Assembly (NCBI GenBank): GCA_039802605.1
Contig: JBDRWW010000003.1
Location: forward strand, 64,001 to 128,000
Length of the DNA stretch: 64,000 nt
Origin: a candidate division WOR-3 bacterium
GTDB lineage: Bacteria > Hydrothermota > Hydrothermia > LBFQ01
Direction of reading: 5' to 3'
Every line of letters begins with the position of its first letter. Position 1 is the first letter of the stretch. This document shows positions 42,027 through 52,306 of the stretch, piece by piece. A program made the translations under genes and the position numbers. Under the pieces are notes generated by a model, which did not search any database, was not told the DNA's origin, and was given only the letters and a program-made list of their open reading frames with translations.

Positions 42027-42684
42027 AATTTTTGGAAATTATATGATTTGGGTTTTGGTGGTTTTAGTGGCTTTAAGTCAAATTTATGCGGTTTTTGTTG
42101 TTCCACCGGTAAAATGGTTCGGACCAAATGGGCAAGAACTCGGTTTTGTTCAAAAGATATTTTATGTCCATGTTCCAAGTTCTTGGGCGGGGTTTTTGGG
42201 TATGGTTTTATCCGCTCTTTTTGGATTACTTTACATTTACAAAAGGGATTTAAAATACGATAGGTTATCCCATTCCTTTATGGAGGTTTCCACCCTGTTT
42301 ATAACCTTAGGGTTAATCACGGGTTCTTTATGGGCAAAGCCCGCTTGGGGAACTTTCTGGACTTGGGATCCAAGACTCGTTAGTATGGCCATCTTGTGGT
42401 TATTGGCCTTGGGTTATATGTTTTTTAGATCGCTTGTAGATGATGAGGATTTGAGGGCGAGGTTTTCGTCAATACTTTCGCTAATAATAGCCATAAACAT
42501 ACCCGTCGTATTTTTATCCATAAGACTTTTCCGCACCCTACACCCAGCGGTGTTCAAAGGCCTATCAACTTCCGAAACCTACGGTATGGATACTGAGATA
42601 TTTGCGGGACTAATGGCTAATCTCTTTACAATAACCCTTTTAATGCTTTACCTTTCCTACAAAAGGTACAAAAAGATATATTGA
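42010..42684 (+). CDS. ccmC: Cytochrome c biogenesis heme exporter CcmC
   Basis: IFYVHVP, TGSLWAKPAWGTFWTWDPRL, RTLHP. Confidence 0.9.
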   Translation: MGFIRRIFGNYMIWVLVVLVALSQIYAVFVVPPVKWFGPNGQELGFVQKIFYVHVPSSWAGFLGMVLSALFGLLYIYKRDLKYDRLSHSFMEVSTLFITLGLITGSLWAKPAWGTFWTWDPRLVSMAILWLLALGYMFFRSLVDDEDLRARFSSILSLIIAINIPVVFLSIRLFRTLHPAVFKGLSTSETYGMDTEIFAGLMANLFTITLLMLYLSYKRYKKIY

Positions 42685-42724
42685 TGCGAAAGAGCCTGGT
42701 GAAAACCTTTTTCAATATAAACCC

Positions 42725-44200
42725 TCACCATATCACAAAATTCCCCTTTGGATAGGTAATAACTATCTTCCTTTTAACCGTAAAACTTTCCCCGGGTTTT
42801 AAATTTACCTTCCACATTAGAAGGCCATCACCCAAGTCCTTTTCCGGTTCGGGTTCAACGCCAAAATCAACAACATTGACATTTCCCAAAGAGAAGGGTT
42901 TTCTAACGAACAGGGTTATTTCTACACTTTCCTTTCTATTATTGGTTATGGTGATTTGGTGTATCCGCTCCTCACGGGTTAAAACCGTCTTGTTTTTACC
43001 CCAAATATCCGTCCTCTTCTGTTCCAAAAGTTTTACATCTCCGGTTATAAACGGGTCAAAACCCAAGAATAGGGTATCCTCTTCATCCCTTTGCGTTCCT
43101 TTGTAAAAGTAATCTGCCGAAAGTTCCCCGTTAAAGAAAACTTTTATATTACCTCCTGGCAAATCCATATCGGGTTTAAAAACAACGCTAATATAAGCCC
43201 TCTCGGACAATTCGGGATATATAAAAGCCAACTCCTTAACCTTATATGTTTTCTCAAACAATTCCGCAATTGCCGGCTTTAACCTGTCAAAAGTTATCTC
43301 TTTGTCTATAACAAACCTCGTTGAAATTGGTGTAAATGTTATTTCTGGGGTTTCGGGAATTCCTTTTACCGCTTCCGCTGCCATGCGCTCCGCCGATAAT
43401 GTAGTCCTTTTCTCATAAACCATAGGCGGCCTGTCGGTTATGTACCAGGGGGTATGTGATGGTGCGAAGAAAGAAGGGGGAATGTTGGTTATTATAACCC
43501 TTTTTGCCGATACTTTTCTAGGCAATTCTGATATAAACCTTGCCAAAGCGGAAATTCTCATATTTCCCCCACTTTTATACTCAACCGTATATTCCGGTTC
43601 CCAACCAAGGTTTCCCGAAGGATAAAATATAACTAATTCAACCGTTGGATCGTTCGCCTTTTCAATGTAAAGGGTTATAATTCCCTGTTCGGTTAGTAAT
43701 CTCTGCTTTAAACCGTTTAAACTGTCAAGTTTTGCGTCTAAATCCTTTAAAACTTTTAAGAGGGAATCCCTTCTTATATGATAATCCGGAAGTCGTCCTG
43801 AAAGGTGTAAATATTCATTTATGTTGTCCCCCTTTCCGTTCTTTATCCCGTCCAAAAAGGCGTTTAAAAGGTTTATGTAATACTCCACCTCCGAAAGCTT
43901 TGCCTTTACATACGATGAAGTTTTCTCCAAGGTACTAATCTTTTTTTCTAAATCTTTATAGGTTTCCGAATCATAGGGTAATTTTTGCGTTTCAAATCCC
44001 ATATTTGCCAAGATACCGTTATGAATACCTATCTTTACATTTTCGCCCACGGGTGTTGGGAGTTTTGATACTTTTACATCCAAAGACCCTTCTGCCTTTA
44101 ATTTTATTTTAGCAAACAATAACGCCCCATTTGGAGAAATAACTGCGGAATCCACGGTTTGCGGGAAATCCAAAGAAATTGCACTTATGAGTATAAACAT
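42725..44200 (-). CDS. DUF4140/DUF4139 (MuiA-like) protein
   Basis: N-terminal beta segment, coiled coil, GWEPEY, LFLGFDP, ITITN, LMWKVNLKPGE...YP; start moved to ATG 44200. Confidence 0.78.
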   Translation of the reverse strand: MFILISAISLDFPQTVDSAVISPNGALLFAKIKLKAEGSLDVKVSKLPTPVGENVKIGIHNGILANMGFETQKLPYDSETYKDLEKKISTLEKTSSYVKAKLSEVEYYINLLNAFLDGIKNGKGDNINEYLHLSGRLPDYHIRRDSLLKVLKDLDAKLDSLNGLKQRLLTEQGIITLYIEKANDPTVELVIFYPSGNLGWEPEYTVEYKSGGNMRISALARFISELPRKVSAKRVIITNIPPSFFAPSHTPWYITDRPPMVYEKRTTLSAERMAAEAVKGIPETPEITFTPISTRFVIDKEITFDRLKPAIAELFEKTYKVKELAFIYPELSERAYISVVFKPDMDLPGGNIKVFFNGELSADYFYKGTQRDEEDTLFLGFDPFITGDVKLLEQKRTDIWGKNKTVLTREERIHQITITNNRKESVEITLFVRKPFSLGNVNVVDFGVEPEPEKDLGDGLLMWKVNLKPGESFTVKRKIVITYPKGNFVIW

Positions 44201-44259
44201 AGTGGGAATTTTAAATGCGGGTAATTTTAAATGAAACGACTTTATAATACCCACCTAAC

Positions 44260-44332
44260 GGGGCGGTAGCTCAGTTGGGAGAGCGCCGGAATCGCACTCC
44301 GGAGGTCGGGGGTTCGAGTCCCCTCCGCTCCA
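44260..44332 (+). tRNA. tRNA-Ala(CGC), CCA not encoded
   Basis: Acceptor GGGGCGG/CCGCTCC with G3:U70; arm CCGGA-ATCGCAC-TCCGG; TATAAT 44243-44248. Confidence 0.95.
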
Positions 44333-44335
44333 TTT

Positions 44336-45292
44336 TTGAAGGTTTTAGTCTCCTTTAACGCAAAGCCAAAGCATAGGGAGATAATTAACCAAATATTAAG
44401 CGGATATGCCGAGGTTTTTTATAAAGAAAACGAAATACCCCTTGAAGGGGTTGATATACTCATAACCTTGGATCCCAAAAGGGAATTAGGAGCGGAGAAC
44501 ATTGGTAGGTTAAAATCCCTCAAATTTTTGCAGTGCGTTTATGCCGGGGTTGAACACCTGCCCTATAAATGGTTGCCGGAAAGTGTAATTATAGCGGGAA
44601 ATTTTGGGGCTTATTCCGTTCCAATAGCGGAGCATGTCTTGGCAATGATTTTGGATTTGGCCAAGAGATTAACCGCAAATCATATAAAGTTATCAAAGGG
44701 GATATACGACAGGAAAACATATAGCAAGATGCTTAGGGGGAAAACCGTGGGGATATTGGGATTTGGGGGTATAGGGAAAGAGGTTGCGAGGGTTTTAAAA
44801 CCCTTTGATGTTAGGATTTTGGCCATAAACAGATCCGGAAAAACGGATTTCCCCGTGGATTTCATAGGAACATTAAAGGATTTGGATTATATATTGAGGG
44901 AATCCGATATTCTCGTTATAAGCCTACCGTTGACAAAGCACACATACAATCTAATAACTTCAAGGGAATTATCCTTGATGAAAAGCGACGCAATTTTAAT
45001 AAATGTGGCAAGGGCGCATATTGTAAATGAAAGGGATCTATACGAACATTTGGTAAAAAATCCCAACTTTCAGGCGGGTTTTGATGTTTGGTGGAGGGAG
45101 CCTTTTGGTGGTGAGGAATTCAAGTTGAACTATCCGTTTTTTGATTTGGAAAACTTCCTCGGTTCCCCCCACAATTCAAACATAGTTCCCGGTATGTTTG
45201 AGGATGCTTTAAAAATGGCAACGGAAAATGTTTTAAGGTTTATCAAAGGGGAAGGGGTTAAAAATTTGGTTAATAGGGAGGATTATGTTTAA
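44336..45292 (+). CDS. D-isomer-specific 2-hydroxyacid dehydrogenase
   Basis: AGVEHL, IAEHV, GILGFGGIG, LPLT, INVARA, DVWW.EP, SPHN; TTG start. Confidence 0.92.
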   Translation: MKVLVSFNAKPKHREIINQILSGYAEVFYKENEIPLEGVDILITLDPKRELGAENIGRLKSLKFLQCVYAGVEHLPYKWLPESVIIAGNFGAYSVPIAEHVLAMILDLAKRLTANHIKLSKGIYDRKTYSKMLRGKTVGILGFGGIGKEVARVLKPFDVRILAINRSGKTDFPVDFIGTLKDLDYILRESDILVISLPLTKHTYNLITSRELSLMKSDAILINVARAHIVNERDLYEHLVKNPNFQAGFDVWWREPFGGEEFKLNYPFFDLENFLGSPHNSNIVPGMFEDALKMATENVLRFIKGEGVKNLVNREDYV

Positions 45293-45319
45293 TATCAACC
45301 AGCCTTATAATACGGGTGT

Positions 45320-46771
45320 ATGAAAATCCTATGGATAGATGACGAGATCGAGGAATTGAACTCCGTTATATCCTTTTTGAAGTCGCAGGGCTTGGATGTT
45401 GATACCGCAAAGAGCGCCGTTGAGGGGGTTGAAAAACTTTCAAAAAACACCTATAACCTCGTTTTGTTAGATTATAGGATGCCGGGTGTTAACGGTTTGG
45501 ATACTTTAAGGATTATAAGGAGGACTTACCCTAACCTCCCAGTAGTTATGCTAACAATGATAACCGACGAAGAAATAATAAGAAAATCCCTCATTGAAGA
45601 GGCATACGATTATATCGTAAAGCCCGTTCAACCCGCCCAACTCTTGGCATTGGTTTCGAGGTTGAATAGGGAAAGATTCAAAAGGGAAATGTTTGGAGAA
45701 GAGGCGGAAAGGCTCAGAGAAGAGGTTAGGAATATACCGGAAACATTTGAGGGGTGGCTTTTGAAAGCGGTTAAAATATTCCAAGCAAGGGTAAATTATA
45801 GGGCTTACAGGTCAAAGTTTGACGAGATACTAAACGAAGAGAACCGGAAGTTTTGCCTTTGGGTTGAGGAGAATTATAAAGACATAATTAATGATGATAC
45901 CCTCTTGATGTCGCATACCCTTTTAAGGAAAATGATTTTGCCATATGTTGAGGTTTCGCCCGTTGTTTTAATAGTTTTGGACAATTTCAGGTTTGACCAG
46001 ATGTACGAAATAGTTTCCGAAATATCGTCATCCCACAAGATTGAACAGTATGTTTATATGTCAATATTACCCACCGCCACCCAGTATTCAAGGAATGCCC
46101 TGTTTTCCGGAAAATTACCCCTTGAAATGGAAAAACTTATGGAAGGTGTATTGGCCGATAACCAAAACGAATTAAAACTCCTTTGGAATCTCTTAAACGA
46201 GGAAAAATACAGGGTAAAGACTTGGTATTCAAAGATAAAGGATTTGGAAACCCTATCGTCTTTAAAACCTTATGGCAGGAGGTTTGAGGTTTATGTTGTG
46301 AATTTCGTGGATACGATTTTACACCTAACCGCAAATGTGGAACCTTTAAAGGCCTTAGGGGAAGGGGAATCCTCAATAAAGAGGTGGGCAAAGCTTGTTT
46401 TGGAGGACGGGAGGTTTGTTAGGGTTATAAACGCTTTCCTTGAAAGGGGTTATAGGGTCTTTATAACTTCGGATCACGGTTGGATAATAGGTAGAGAACC
46501 TTTAAGGGTTTTTGGGGAAAACATAACAAAGGGTTTTAGGTATAAGTATGGGGATGGTTTGGAAGTAAAAGGTGATAAAATTGTTAGGGTTAAAAAGCCA
46601 AAGGAATGGGGGCTTCCGGAATGGGGCGAATTCGTCTTTGCAAAGGAGGATGCTTATTTCGTATGGGGGGAAAGGATGGAAGAATATGCGGAAATCTATA
46701 AAAACAAAATGTTTCACGGTGGAATATCCCTTGAAGAAATGGTTTTAAACCTTATACACATTCAACCTTAG
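45320..46771 (+). CDS. porX: PorX-like response regulator (REC plus PglZ domain)
   Basis: KILWIDDEIE, LLDYRMPG, KPV; LDNFRFDQ, SILPTATQYSRNALFSG, TSDHG, HGGISLEEM. Confidence 0.85.
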   Translation: MKILWIDDEIEELNSVISFLKSQGLDVDTAKSAVEGVEKLSKNTYNLVLLDYRMPGVNGLDTLRIIRRTYPNLPVVMLTMITDEEIIRKSLIEEAYDYIVKPVQPAQLLALVSRLNRERFKREMFGEEAERLREEVRNIPETFEGWLLKAVKIFQARVNYRAYRSKFDEILNEENRKFCLWVEENYKDIINDDTLLMSHTLLRKMILPYVEVSPVVLIVLDNFRFDQMYEIVSEISSSHKIEQYVYMSILPTATQYSRNALFSGKLPLEMEKLMEGVLADNQNELKLLWNLLNEEKYRVKTWYSKIKDLETLSSLKPYGRRFEVYVVNFVDTILHLTANVEPLKALGEGESSIKRWAKLVLEDGRFVRVINAFLERGYRVFITSDHGWIIGREPLRVFGENITKGFRYKYGDGLEVKGDKIVRVKKPKEWGLPEWGEFVFAKEDAYFVWGERMEEYAEIYKNKMFHGGISLEEMVLNLIHIQP

Positions 46772-46783
46772 AATTTCAAATGT

Positions 46784-48487
46784 ATGAAAAGGTTGGGTTT
46801 TCTAATTTTAGCCGGTATTCTACCTTTATACGCCGATACCCTTGCAATAATTCACATAAACGATACCCATCACCACCTATATCCTTATAAGGCTTGGAAC
46901 GGTGTTTCCTCGGCCGCATATGTCATTAAGCGGTTAAAATCCTTGTATCCCAACCACCTGTTCTTTCACGCCGGCGATATATTCGTAGGGGATTTCTCCT
47001 TTCCGTACGGTTTGGGTAGGGTTGAACTTCGGATATTAAAAAACATTTTAAGACCCGATGCCATAACCCTTGGAAATCACGAATTTGATATAACACCGGA
47101 TTCCTTATACGCGGTTTTAACGGATGTTGGTATGCCCATGCCCATACTATCCGCAAACCTAACCCCCGATACATTGCCGATATCATCAATAGTCCAACCT
47201 TATGCGACATTTATAAGGTCCGGTAAAAAGATATGCGTTTTGGGTCTTACCACAAACCAGTTTAACATATTATCACCCGCGCAACAACCCGTACAGTTTG
47301 AGAACCCAGTAACGGTGGCGCAGAATTACGAGGATACACTAACCGCCCTCGGTTGTGATTACAGGATAATACTATCCCATAGTGGCGTGAATGTTGATAG
47401 CGCTATTGCTCGTCAGACGAGATATTATAACCTCATAATCTCCGGGCACACGCATACCTGCTACGATTCACCGGCAAAAATCGTTAATCTAAGCGGTGAT
47501 ACAACATACTTTGCGGAGGCATGTTCCCATTACCAGGCTGTTGGTTTTTGGTTAATAGACTTGAACACACTGAGACCGATAAGTTATACCTTAATAAGGT
47601 TAAACAATACAACGCCCATAGATGGCGAAACATGGGATACGCTTATGGCCTATAAACCCTTGATAGAAAGCGGGTTTGGAAATGTTTTTGATGACTTTTG
47701 GGGTTATGCCCCAGCTGAGATTCCTAATATTCCCGATATTCCGGGATATTTGGATACCCCGGCCGGAAACCTTGTTGCGGATGCAATGAGGGTTAAAAGC
47801 GGGGCGGACGCGGCCGCTTGGCCCACATTCTTAATAGCAGAGGAACTCCAAGCCGGAAGAATAACGTCTAACAATGTTTTAATGTTGGTTCCCTATGGCT
47901 TGGATGAAACATATATTACCGGCAATAATACCCGTTTGCTTGTTGCCACATTTACGGGCAAGCAGATATATAACTTGCTTTCAACAACGCAAGCGTTCTT
48001 TGGGGAACAACCAATAGCGCAGGTTTCGGGTATGCGTTATAGGTATGATCCCACATCCTCCCCCGTAATGCTCCCCTCGGATATAGAAATAGGCGGTTTC
48101 CCCTTGGATACAAACGCAAACTATACCTTGGCCGTTGATAAAAACATAATATATGTTGCCGGGCTTTTGGGAATAACCCCTCTAAGGGTTGATACCACTC
48201 CATATACGGTTTTTGAAGCCGTAAGGGAATACATAAGGGATTTGTGGATAGTTGAATATCACTCGGAGGGCAGGATTACATATAAAAACCTAAGCGCTTA
48301 TGAAATTCCGACAAAAACCCAAAGGCTAAATGTTTTAAACCGGTTTGTATATTCCCAAACCCCAATGGATATATACGATATAACGGGTAGGCTAATCGCC
48401 AAAGGGGTTTATAGGTTTTTGGCGCCCAAATCGGGCGTTTATTTTATAAGGTTGGCGGATAAAAGCGTAAAGGTTATTATCAGATAA
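46784..48487 (+). CDS. 5'-nucleotidase/metallophosphatase with T9SS type A C-terminal domain
   Basis: Signal ..LYA|D; HINDTH, AGD, LGNHEFD, LSH, GHTH, GNLVADAM; C-terminal IYDITGRLI...SGVYFIR.....KVII. Confidence 0.88.
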   Translation: MKRLGFLILAGILPLYADTLAIIHINDTHHHLYPYKAWNGVSSAAYVIKRLKSLYPNHLFFHAGDIFVGDFSFPYGLGRVELRILKNILRPDAITLGNHEFDITPDSLYAVLTDVGMPMPILSANLTPDTLPISSIVQPYATFIRSGKKICVLGLTTNQFNILSPAQQPVQFENPVTVAQNYEDTLTALGCDYRIILSHSGVNVDSAIARQTRYYNLIISGHTHTCYDSPAKIVNLSGDTTYFAEACSHYQAVGFWLIDLNTLRPISYTLIRLNNTTPIDGETWDTLMAYKPLIESGFGNVFDDFWGYAPAEIPNIPDIPGYLDTPAGNLVADAMRVKSGADAAAWPTFLIAEELQAGRITSNNVLMLVPYGLDETYITGNNTRLLVATFTGKQIYNLLSTTQAFFGEQPIAQVSGMRYRYDPTSSPVMLPSDIEIGGFPLDTNANYTLAVDKNIIYVAGLLGITPLRVDTTPYTVFEAVREYIRDLWIVEYHSEGRITYKNLSAYEIPTKTQRLNVLNRFVYSQTPMDIYDITGRLIAKGVYRFLAPKSGVYFIRLADKSVKVIIR

Positions 48488-48532
48488 ATTTTCCTTTAAA
48501 GGAAATTAAACCGGCGTATAATAGCCGCCAAT

Positions 48533-49675
48533 ATGAAAAGGGGCATTTTTATGTTTTCCGCACTCCTTTTTATGGCCGGTTGTCAAGCCGCGGAAAGGAC
48601 GATAAAGGTGGGTATCCTTCTACCAAATAACGCCTCGGGAGAGATCGCCACATACTCCAAATACACCTTAGACGGTATAAACCTCGCCGCAAAATCGAAG
48701 AATTTCCGCGTTAACGGTAAAAGGATAGAGTTCGTATATCCCGAAAGGTATTCGGGTGATCCTTCCACCACAGCCGATGCTTTAAGGGAGTTGAAAGAAA
48801 AGGGGGCTAAAATAGTGATAGGACCTCTAACAAGTGCCGAGGCTCAGGCTATACTTCCCGTTATGTCCGAAGTTAAAGTTCCTGTGATATTACCGGCCGC
48901 AACACTTAATTCCTTAACGGATAACGAGTGGGTATGGAGGGTTTGTATAAGTAATAAGCAGATGGCCGTTGCCGCGGCATATGCGGCAAAAGATATATTA
49001 AAGGTTAAGGAGGTTGCCATTGTTTCCTTTACAAACAATCCGTATTCCCAAGAGTTAGCCGAAAGTTTTAGAAATTGGGCCGATGCCCACGCCCTGAAAG
49101 TTGTAAAACTCGTGGAACTGTCGGGGAATTCCCAAAATCTCATATCATCGGTAAATGAAGTTATTTCTTCCTTTTCCGCACCACAGGAGAGCACTGCGGT
49201 ATTTCTGCCATTCTATTACGATGAGGCCGCGAATGCTATAAAGGCTTTTAGGGAGAAGGGATACAAAGGGATACTGATAGGAGGGGATGGTTGGGATGTT
49301 CCAAAGATTGCGGATCTCGTCGGGAAAAACGCCGGTGAAAACTACTTCATAACACACTTTAACCCGTATGACCCGCAATCCAAAGAGTTTTCCGAAGAGT
49401 ATCGTAAGGAATACGGGGTATTACCCTCATCTTTCTCGGCATTGGGATATGACGCCTTTGAGGTGGTACATGAAGCCCTTTCAAAGGCCAGGGGATTAAC
49501 GAGAATAATGGATATAAAGGATGCCCTACAATACTTAACGGTTGATGGGGTTACGGGCAGGATTGAATATTCGGCTAATAGCCATAACCCGGATACCAAG
49601 GGTTCTGTCCTCGTTAAGTTTTCGGATTTCGGATTCCAGTTTGCCAGAAGATTGGCGGTTTCGCCCGTATTTTAA
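48533..49675 (+). CDS. Branched-chain amino-acid type ABC substrate-binding lipoprotein (no permease adjacent)
   Basis: MAG-C lipobox, IKVG, IGPLTS, GGDGWD, ALGYDA, GVTGRI. Confidence 0.85.
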   Translation: MKRGIFMFSALLFMAGCQAAERTIKVGILLPNNASGEIATYSKYTLDGINLAAKSKNFRVNGKRIEFVYPERYSGDPSTTADALRELKEKGAKIVIGPLTSAEAQAILPVMSEVKVPVILPAATLNSLTDNEWVWRVCISNKQMAVAAAYAAKDILKVKEVAIVSFTNNPYSQELAESFRNWADAHALKVVKLVELSGNSQNLISSVNEVISSFSAPQESTAVFLPFYYDEAANAIKAFREKGYKGILIGGDGWDVPKIADLVGKNAGENYFITHFNPYDPQSKEFSEEYRKEYGVLPSSFSALGYDAFEVVHEALSKARGLTRIMDIKDALQYLTVDGVTGRIEYSANSHNPDTKGSVLVKFSDFGFQFARRLAVSPVF

Positions 49676-50928
49676 TGAAATACCTTGTAAAGAATTGCCT
49701 TCTTGAAGGCGGTGAAAAGGTGGATATTCTCGTGGAGGGGGGGAAGATAGTCTCCCTCTCCACAAAAAGTTTAAAAGTTGATGATGCCCTTGTCATAGAT
49801 GCGGAGGGCTTATGGGCGATTCCCGGTTTGGTTGATATGCACACACACGCAAGGGTTCCGGGGCAAGAACACAAGGAAACCCTTGAAAGCCTTAGCAAAG
49901 CCGCTTTAAGGGGGGGTTATACCCACCTTCTAATAATGCCAAATACGGAACCCCCAATAGATTCCCCCGAAGTATTTGAATATGTTAAAAGTCTAACCAA
50001 AGGCCTTCCGGTAAATGTTTTCATTTCGGCCACAATAACAAAAGGAAGGATGGGGAAGGAATTGGTGGAAATGGGTATGTTAAAGGAAGGTGGGGCTAAG
50101 GCCTTTACGGATGATGGGAATTGGGTTGAGGATGATTTTGTCATGTTGAACGCCTGCACATACGCTTCCAATTTTGATGTAATGGTAATTTCGCATTCGG
50201 AAAAACCCCAACTATCTAAGGGTTTTGCCAATTACGATGAAAAAACTTTGAAATACGGGATGAAGTTCAGGCTTCCAATATCCGAAGAACTTGCGGTTTA
50301 TAGGGATTGCAGGTTGGCGGAAATTTCCGGATGTCATCTACATGTGGCGCATATATCCTATTACGGTTCGGTAGAGGTTATAAAAATGTTTAAAGAAAGG
50401 GGTGCAAACATAACCTGCGAGGTTACCCCCCATCACCTCATATTCTCAACCGATAATATAGAACCCTACAACCCCAACTTTATATGCAATCCACCTATAA
50501 GGGATGAGGAGAACAGGAGGAAACTCGTTCGGGCTTTAAAAGAGGGTTTTATAGATATTGTGGCAACCGATCACGCCCCCCATGCGTACTACGAAAAGGA
50601 AATCACGGTTGATGAAACCCTTCCTGGTATAGAGGGGTTGGAAACCTCTTTTTCGGCTTTATATACACACCTCGTTTTGCCGGGTGATATGGATATAAAA
50701 ACCCTTATAGATGTTATGTCCCATAAACCCGCAAAATTATTGGGTATTGACAACTCCATAAGGGAGGGAAATGAGGCTAACTTTTTCCTCTTCAATCCAA
50801 ACATAAAATGGGTGGTTAAAGGGAGCGATATACTTTCAAAAGGCAAGAATAATCCGTTTATTGGGAAGGAGTTGAGGGGTAGGGTTGTATCCGTTTTTTG
50901 CAAGGGTAAATACATAAAGGAGGTTTGA
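49675..50928 (+). CDS. pyrC: Dihydroorotase
   Basis: PGLVDMHTHARVPG, MPNTEP, EVTPHHL, NPPIR, ATDHAPH, SKGKNNPF. Confidence 0.95.
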   Translation: MKYLVKNCLLEGGEKVDILVEGGKIVSLSTKSLKVDDALVIDAEGLWAIPGLVDMHTHARVPGQEHKETLESLSKAALRGGYTHLLIMPNTEPPIDSPEVFEYVKSLTKGLPVNVFISATITKGRMGKELVEMGMLKEGGAKAFTDDGNWVEDDFVMLNACTYASNFDVMVISHSEKPQLSKGFANYDEKTLKYGMKFRLPISEELAVYRDCRLAEISGCHLHVAHISYYGSVEVIKMFKERGANITCEVTPHHLIFSTDNIEPYNPNFICNPPIRDEENRRKLVRALKEGFIDIVATDHAPHAYYEKEITVDETLPGIEGLETSFSALYTHLVLPGDMDIKTLIDVMSHKPAKLLGIDNSIREGNEANFFLFNPNIKWVVKGSDILSKGKNNPFIGKELRGRVVSVFCKGKYIKEV

Positions 50929-50930
50929 AA

Positions 50931-51764
50931 ATGATAACGGTTTTACTCGCCGGCTCTAATACACCCCCTTGGCTTGGGGGTCCCAACATCCTTTATGCGG
51001 GTATATATGGGTATGGTTTTGCGGCGTATGAGAGCAGGACAGTGGAATCTTATAGCACAAAGGGGGATTATATAACCAGGGGTTTGGGCGGCCAGAGCGC
51101 AAATCTCGGCGGGGGCGCATTTATAAGGTGGAATCAATTGGGAATCTACTTGGATTTCGTGGAGGGATACTTCTACTCCTGGAACTATCAAAACGAGGAG
51201 ATAAAGGACACGAGCTTTTATCAGAGAATAGGGGTTGATATAACATGGCATATAAACAACGAATCTTGGACGGGAATAGGTGGGGGAATTAGGAATGTTA
51301 GGTACGCCCTCGGTTATGGCTTTCCTTTCCCGGATACCTCTAGCAATGAGGTTAAAGAGGGTAAAAACCTCCCAATACCCAATTCAAATGTTAAGTTTAT
51401 GGCCATAGGCTTGCAGGGAAAGTATTATTTGGAAGCCGAAAAACTTTATTACGAAAGGAAGGGGCTATTGCCTTGGATAGGCGGTTATGTCGGATATGCA
51501 CAGGCTTCTTTTGAAGCCGGAGAACCCTTTAATACATCTTCGGATGCGAGCAGCTTTTATGTTGAGGTTATGCTCGGATTGGACTTTTATGTGCAACCCT
51601 GGTTATCTTTCTGGATATCCGGAAAATACACAACATTTGAAACCTTCTTTCCGCTGCCGCCTTCCCATAAATACAAGGATTATTACGACAATGTAAGGAC
51701 CTCGTTGGGAACCACATTAATACAAGGGGGTATAAGGCTAACCTTTGCGAGGGAAAGGTATTGA
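50931..51764 (+). CDS. Outer-membrane beta-barrel protein
   Basis: Gly/aromatic amphipathic strands, PWIGGYVGY, C-terminal GGIRLTF; SD AGGAGGT; start TTG 50925 or ATG 50931. Confidence 0.68.
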   Translation: MITVLLAGSNTPPWLGGPNILYAGIYGYGFAAYESRTVESYSTKGDYITRGLGGQSANLGGGAFIRWNQLGIYLDFVEGYFYSWNYQNEEIKDTSFYQRIGVDITWHINNESWTGIGGGIRNVRYALGYGFPFPDTSSNEVKEGKNLPIPNSNVKFMAIGLQGKYYLEAEKLYYERKGLLPWIGGYVGYAQASFEAGEPFNTSSDASSFYVEVMLGLDFYVQPWLSFWISGKYTTFETFFPLPPSHKYKDYYDNVRTSLGTTLIQGGIRLTFARERY

Positions 51765-52306
51765 TAGGTATTTGGTTATCCTATATTGATACGGTTGGGG
51801 TTGGGGATGTTTTATCCATTAGCGTTTATGGTAGGGAGGAGTATGCCGATGTAAAGGTTATCGTTCCACCTTCTTGTAATGCCTATTTTCCATTGGTGGG
51901 GAGGCTAAAAGTTTGTGGTTTAACCTTGGATAAATTGTCCGATACTTTACAAAAACTCTTAAAACCCTATTACGACCTTCCGGTTATAGTATTTTTTCAA
52001 GAAATCGCACCCCCTACGGTGGTAGTCCTCGGGGAAGTTGTTAATCCGGGATCCGTTAGGTATATTAAGGGTATGAGATTGGCGGATGCCCTGTCCCAGG
52101 CCGGAATAAAACCAACATCGGATGTTTCTAATATAAAAATAAACGGTAAAAGTGTGGATTTAACCAGGGAAAACCCAATGTTATATCCCGGCGATAGGGT
52201 GGAAGTTCCATCAAAATGGTGGAAAGGTTTTATGGATGGCTTCGGTTTGCTGTTAAACACCGCTACTTTCGGCATACTTTTCTACACCACTTTTATAAAA
52301 AAATGA
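51761..52306 (+). CDS. Minimal Wza-like polysaccharide export protein (Poly_export plus SLBB)
   Basis: GVGDVLSISVYG, PLVGRLKVCGLT, VLGEVVNPG, LYPGDRVEVP, C-terminal helix. Confidence 0.82.
   Translation: MIGIWLSYIDTVGVGDVLSISVYGREEYADVKVIVPPSCNAYFPLVGRLKVCGLTLDKLSDTLQKLLKPYYDLPVIVFFQEIAPPTVVVLGEVVNPGSVRYIKGMRLADALSQAGIKPTSDVSNIKINGKSVDLTRENPMLYPGDRVEVPSKWWKGFMDGFGLLLNTATFGILFYTTFIKK

Noticed and set aside
23991..44332. tRNAs as integration sites of an island or prophage
   Set aside because: No integrase, no duplicated tRNA 3' end seen, and housekeeping genes on both sides
45320..46771. PglZ domain as evidence of a BREX defence system
   Set aside because: Fused to a REC domain (PorX architecture); no brxC or pglX nearby
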